From: Vicinamibacterales bacterium
GTDB lineage: Bacteria > Acidobacteriota > Vicinamibacteria > Vicinamibacterales > CAVVIG01
DNA: 56,100 nt
Direction of reading: 5' to 3'
NCBI GenBank assembly: GCA_025450765.1
Contig: JANWLS010000112.1
Location: 1 to 56,100 of the forward strand
The translations under genes and the position numbers were made by a program. The notes under the pieces were generated by a model. It searched no databases. It had not been told where the DNA came from and saw only the letters and a program-made list of their open reading frames with translations. Below are positions 52,229-56,100 of the stretch, in pieces. Numbering within the stretch: the stretch's first letter is position 1; the number at the start of each line of letters is the position of its first letter.

Positions 52229-55117
52229 ATGCCCAATCCGTCGCTCTCGCTGTGCATGATTGTGAAAAACGAGGAACGGCACGTGGCGCGATGCCTCGCC
52301 TCGGTTCGCGATCTCGTTGACGACATCGTCCTGGTCGACACCGGCAGCACCGATGGCACCCTTGCCATTGCCGAACGCTTCGGCGCGCGCGTCTTCCCGC
52401 TTGCGTGGCAGGACGACTTCAGCCTGGCGCGCAACCACAGCCTCGAGCAGGCGCGCGGCGAATGGATCCTCGTGCTCGATGCGGACGAATCGATCGCCGC
52501 GTGCGATCACGCGCCGATCCGTGCAGGCTTGTGCGACAGCGCATTGAATGCGGTCACGGCTTATCAGCGCCACTACCTCGCGCAGGGGACGGTGGTCGGG
52601 TGGCAGCCCGGACCTGGTGGGTACGAGGAAGGCAAGCCGTACCCGGGGTTCTTCGATGTGGAGTGCCGCCGGCTGTTTCGCAACCGTCCGTGGCTGCGGT
52701 TTCAGAACCGGGTACACGAGGAGCTGGTGTCGTCCGATCCCGGCAAGCCGCTCGCCCAGACGCGCGGCCCGTGGATCATTCATCACTACGGCAAGGTGGA
52801 TGGCGACGCCGTGCTCAAGGCCAAGGGCGAGGCCTACCTGCGCATCGGCCGCAAGAAAATCGAGGATCGTCCCAAGGATCCGCTCGCACACTACGAGCTC
52901 GGCATTCAGTATCTCGAGCTCGGCCAGCCAACAGACGCGGCCGCCTGCTTCGAGCGGGTGCAGACCCTCCATCCGAATTTCCGCGACACGCTGCTCCGCC
53001 AGGCGATTTGCCAGGTCCGGCTGCGCCAGTTCCAGAAGGCGCTGGTCTCGTTGCGGCTGGCGGCCAGAGGACTGCCCCAATTCGCGGCGGAAATTGCGCT
53101 CGAGGAAGGGAATGTCCGGCGGGCGCTCGACGACATGCCGGCGGCCGAGCGCGCCTTCAAGCGAGCCATCGCGCACAACCCGACGTTCGCCGCCTCGAGC
53201 GTCAACCTGGCGCTGGTCTACAAGCGGAGCGACCGGATCCCCGAGGCCCTCACGGCACTGGATCAGGTCCTGGTCCACTGCCCCGGGCACTTCGAGTCGC
53301 TCGCGCTCCGTGCGCAGCTGCGCCGCGACACGGGCGACCTCGCCGGCGCCCTGGCCGATCTCGAATCGCTCGGCTCGCATCCGGGGGCGCTCCGCCTCCG
53401 GGCGCGCATCCTGGTGGGCCAACAGCGCTTCGCCGAGGCACGCGGCTGCCTGCTGCAGCTTGGCGAGGCCGCCGATGCGGAAGTGGCGGCCCTGCGCGGC
53501 GCCGTCGCCCTCGGTCTCGGCGAACGTGAGGAGGCGATTGCCGCGCTGCGCAGCAGCCTGCAGATCCATGAAAGCCAGGAAGCGGCCATGAACCTGTCGG
53601 CCGCGCTCGAGGCCTCGGGCGATCGAGAAGGGGCGATCGACGCGGCGACCGTCGCCCTGAAGCTGGCGCCAGACGACCCCGCCGCCCTCAGGCGCTTCAG
53701 CCAGCTCGCCTCGACCGAGCTCGGCGCCCGCGCTCGATCGGACGAGAGCCCGTTCACCATCTTTTTCTACAACCCATTCGGCATCATGTACGACGCGCGG
53801 ACGCCGCGCACGCGAGGGCTTGGCGGCACGGAGAGCGCGGTGGTCTATCTCGCCGAAGCGCTCGCCGAACGCGGCCACCGGATCGTGGTGCTCAACAACT
53901 GCGAGGAGCCTGGCCGCTGGAGCGGCGTCGAGTACGCGCGCTGGGAGACGATGCCGGCGCGCGCCGTCAGCGATCGGCCGGATGTTCTGGTGGCCATCCG
54001 CTACTGGCAGGCGATCGGCCGCGCCCGGTTCGCCCCGCTGCAGATCTTCTGGACCGGCGACGCCTACGACCAGCCGTTCCTCGAGGGCATCGACGATCCG
54101 AAGCGCCGCGCCGGCATCGACCTCGTCGCGCTCGAAAGCCGGTGGCAGGCCGACACGTTTTCCACGCACCACGGCATTCCGCCATGGCGGATTGCGCAGC
54201 ATCCGTACGGCTTCGCCGCATCCGCAGCGGGCCTGGACGGCGGAAGGTCGACGCGTCCGGTCCCAGACGCCAGGCGGCGGACGCTCGCGTACACGAGCAC
54301 GCCGTTCCGCGGCCTCGATGTGCTGCTCGACCTGTTTCCACGGATCCGCGCCGCGTGTCCGGATGCGGAGCTGGAGGTCTTCAGCAGCATGCGCGTGTAC
54401 GGGATGGCCGAGGAAGACGACCGCCGTCAGTTCCGCGCGCTCTATCGAAAGGCGAAGCAGCCCGGCGTCACGCTCGTCGGCACCGTGCCGCAACTGGAGC
54501 TCGCCGAGCGGCTGCGCGACATCCGTGTGCTCGCCTATCCCAACTCCTATCCGGAAACGTTCTGCATCGCCGCGCTCGAAGCGCAAGCGGCCGGCTGCGT
54601 CGTCGTCACCTCGGAGCTCGGGGCTCTGCCGGAGACCGTGGGCTGCGGCGGGGTGTGCCTGCCGGGTGAGATCACGAGCCCGGACTATCAGCGCGCCTTC
54701 GTCGAGGCCTGCGTGCGCCTGCTCACCGACGATGAGGCCTGGCAGTCGCTGAGCCGGGGCGCGATTGCGCACGCGTGGGACGGCTATACCTGGTCCGCGG
54801 TGGCGGCGACATGGGACACGCTGTGCCGGCGCGCCCTCGCGCCGGAGCCGCCTCTCGTCGACCGGATCGCCCGCCACCTCGCGTCAGGCCGGGCCCCGCT
54901 TGCGATGCGCATGCTGGATCGGGAAGCCGCTCCGGACATGGTGCTCGAGGAGGATTGGCAGGCGCTCCGCGAGCTCGCGGCCTGGCGCGCTGACGCCGGC
55001 TCGCGCCCGGATCTTTCGATGCTGCGGAAGGTGGCGCAGCGCTTCCCCACGATTCGCCGACTGGCGCTGCTCGAGCGATGGCAGGCGGCCGACGAGAGCA
55101 GGAGAACGGCCGCATGA
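52229..55117 (+). CDS. tripartite GT2 glycosyltransferase - TPR array - GT4 glycosyltransferase fusion
   Basis: ATG at 52229. GT2 part: LSLCMIVKNEERHVARCL...VLVDTGSTDGT...LVLDADE. The middle has about 8 TPR-like repeats (YELGIQYLELGQPTDAAACFERV...). GT-B part: TRGLGGTESAVVYLAEALAERGHRIVVL and ETFCIAALEAQAAGCVVVTSELGALPE. Confidence 0.8.
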   Translation: MPNPSLSLCMIVKNEERHVARCLASVRDLVDDIVLVDTGSTDGTLAIAERFGARVFPLAWQDDFSLARNHSLEQARGEWILVLDADESIAACDHAPIRAGLCDSALNAVTAYQRHYLAQGTVVGWQPGPGGYEEGKPYPGFFDVECRRLFRNRPWLRFQNRVHEELVSSDPGKPLAQTRGPWIIHHYGKVDGDAVLKAKGEAYLRIGRKKIEDRPKDPLAHYELGIQYLELGQPTDAAACFERVQTLHPNFRDTLLRQAICQVRLRQFQKALVSLRLAARGLPQFAAEIALEEGNVRRALDDMPAAERAFKRAIAHNPTFAASSVNLALVYKRSDRIPEALTALDQVLVHCPGHFESLALRAQLRRDTGDLAGALADLESLGSHPGALRLRARILVGQQRFAEARGCLLQLGEAADAEVAALRGAVALGLGEREEAIAALRSSLQIHESQEAAMNLSAALEASGDREGAIDAATVALKLAPDDPAALRRFSQLASTELGARARSDESPFTIFFYNPFGIMYDARTPRTRGLGGTESAVVYLAEALAERGHRIVVLNNCEEPGRWSGVEYARWETMPARAVSDRPDVLVAIRYWQAIGRARFAPLQIFWTGDAYDQPFLEGIDDPKRRAGIDLVALESRWQADTFSTHHGIPPWRIAQHPYGFAASAAGLDGGRSTRPVPDARRRTLAYTSTPFRGLDVLLDLFPRIRAACPDAELEVFSSMRVYGMAEEDDRRQFRALYRKAKQPGVTLVGTVPQLELAERLRDIRVLAYPNSYPETFCIAALEAQAAGCVVVTSELGALPETVGCGGVCLPGEITSPDYQRAFVEACVRLLTDDEAWQSLSRGAIAHAWDGYTWSAVAATWDTLCRRALAPEPPLVDRIARHLASGRAPLAMRMLDREAAPDMVLEEDWQALRELAAWRADAGSRPDLSMLRKVAQRFPTIRRLALLERWQAADESRRTAA

Positions 55118-55809
55118 CGGATTCGGTGAAGCCGCGCGTCCACTATTGGCACCCGCATGAGCCCGTCCGCGCCCTGGCGCTCGAAGCGGCCCGCGGCGCC
55201 GCGCGTGTGCTGGAGATCGGGCCAGGCGATCTGCCATTCCCGCTGGCGACAGAATTCGTCGACTGGCTGCCGCGCCCCGCGGTCGAGGGACGCCCCGTTC
55301 ACGTGCTCGACTTGAATGTCGATCGCCTGCCGTTCCCCGATCAGAGCATCGATTTCCTGTACACGCGCCACACGCTCGAGGACCTCTACAACCCGCTGCA
55401 CGCGTGCCGCGAGATTGCGCGCGTGGCACGCGCGGGGTACATCGAAACGCCGTCGCCCCTCGCCGAGAGCTGCCGCGGCGTCGACGCCAGCAGTCCGCCG
55501 TGGCGGGGCTATGTTCACCATCATTCGCTGCTCTGGGCCGAGGCCGGCCGGCTGATCCTGCTCCTGAAGATTCCGCTCATCGAGCATCTCATCTTCGGCA
55601 ACGAGCATCAGATCGCCGGCCTGCTCGAGAGCAGCCCGATTTACTGGAACACGTGCTTCTTCTGGACAGGGCCGCTTCAGTTCCAGCTGCTGCAGCACGA
55701 TCGCGACTTCTCACTGGCCGACCTGCAGCATGGCTATGGCTCGCTCGTCCTGCGGGGCATGTACCACGCCGTCGAGGACAGCCGCCGCCTGGCCGCGCGA
55801 CTGGCGTAG
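55114..55809 (+). CDS. class I SAM-dependent methyltransferase
   Basis: The ATG at 55114 overlaps the upstream stop (ATGA). Motifs: RVLEIGPGDLPF and LPFPDQSIDFLYTRHTLEDLYNPLHACREIARVARAGY. Confidence 0.65.
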   Translation: MTDSVKPRVHYWHPHEPVRALALEAARGAARVLEIGPGDLPFPLATEFVDWLPRPAVEGRPVHVLDLNVDRLPFPDQSIDFLYTRHTLEDLYNPLHACREIARVARAGYIETPSPLAESCRGVDASSPPWRGYVHHHSLLWAEAGRLILLLKIPLIEHLIFGNEHQIAGLLESSPIYWNTCFFWTGPLQFQLLQHDRDFSLADLQHGYGSLVLRGMYHAVEDSRRLAARLA

Positions 55810-55852
55810 CCTGACGAATCATCCCAGCGTGTCGCCTGAACGGAACGCCCAC

Positions 55853-56100
55853 ATGGCTCATCTCAGCGCGGAACAACGGATGCCGACCGAGGCGCTCCCG
55901 AAAAACCGGGAGCCGCTCGATGGCTATTTCGGACGCTTCTTCGAGCTCCTCCGCGGAGGGCTCGCCTCAGGGGGCTCGGAGCTTGGGCTGCCGATGACGC
56001 TCTTCTCGCTCGCGGTGAGCACGCGGGCGACCCAGCTCGTCGAGATCGGCCGCTTCAAGGGCCTGTCGACCGTGGCCCTGGCGAGCGCCCTCAAGTTCAA
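55853..56100 (+). CDS. probable class I SAM-dependent methyltransferase, N-terminal part (runs off the right edge)
   Basis: Own translation from the ATG at 55853 gives MAHLSAEQRMPTEALPKNREPLDGYFGRFFELLRGGLASGGSELGLPMTLFSLAVSTRATQLVEIGRFKGLSTVALASALKF. The LVEIGRFKGLSTVALA segment resembles the SAM-binding motif of the N-terminal domain of 24313-27492 (ILEIGTSTGIGALSMA). Confidence 0.45.
   Translation, partial: MAHLSAEQRMPTEALPKNREPLDGYFGRFFELLRGGLASGGSELGLPMTLFSLAVSTRATQLVEIGRFKGLSTVALASALKF

Noticed and set aside
52010-54877. 955-aa minus-strand ORF, the second-longest in the track
   Set aside because: It is exactly antisense to the GT2-TPR-GT4 gene, which has clear domain motifs. Its own translation is Arg/Ala/Gly/Pro-rich with no motif. 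This is a typical GC-rich shadow ORF.

Overview
GC-rich bacterial chromosomal window. The taxon cannot be assigned from sequence alone. The many long antisense or alternative-frame ORFs in the track are GC artefacts. The first ~10 kb holds housekeeping genes: an alpha/beta-hydrolase fragment, a secreted protein, surE, an MFS transporter, an AmmeMemoRadiSam-type radical SAM enzyme, moaA and a bacilliredoxin. These are interrupted by a ~4 kb decayed integrated island, bounded by tRNA-Pro(CGG) (5124-5200) and a 40-nt direct repeat of the tRNA 3' end (1115-1154). The island carries an intact AbiEi antitoxin next to a disrupted AbiEii toxin, an IS-transposase relic, a frameshifted EEP-like gene, a cupin and an orphan ORF; no integrase was found. 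The remaining ~46 kb is one flagellar-motor / signalling / protein-glycosylation supercluster with four parts. (i) A minus-strand operon encodes an HD-GYP response regulator, a hybrid kinase, motA and motB, with an extra hybrid kinase converging on it. (ii) A divergent plus-strand operon encodes a CheY-like regulator, a Maf (DUF115)-like protein, a SPASM radical-SAM enzyme and a B12-binding radical-SAM enzyme. (iii) A tightly packed run of minus-strand genes (24313-37889, preceded by nadE) encodes sugar-nucleotide enzymes, glycosyltransferases (three with TPR tails, two of them large paralogues) and several methyltransferases, including a tandem pair. (iv) A pseudaminic-acid-type nonulosonate operon (41776-52092) has a second stator set (flbD-motA-motB) nested between its cytidylyltransferase and dehydratase genes. 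It faces a divergent GT2-TPR-GT4 fusion followed by two more methyltransferases. The best candidate for an undescribed system is the Maf-like / SPASM radical-SAM / B12 radical-SAM module together with the stator-embedded nonulosonate operon. Together they suggest a flagellin (or other motor-associated protein) modification pathway with radical chemistry and heavy methylation that matches no described Pse/Leg glycosylation island. Candidate sigma-28-like and sigma-54-like promoter motifs sit in front of the relevant operons. All functional calls rest on motif recognition by eye; no database searches were run.
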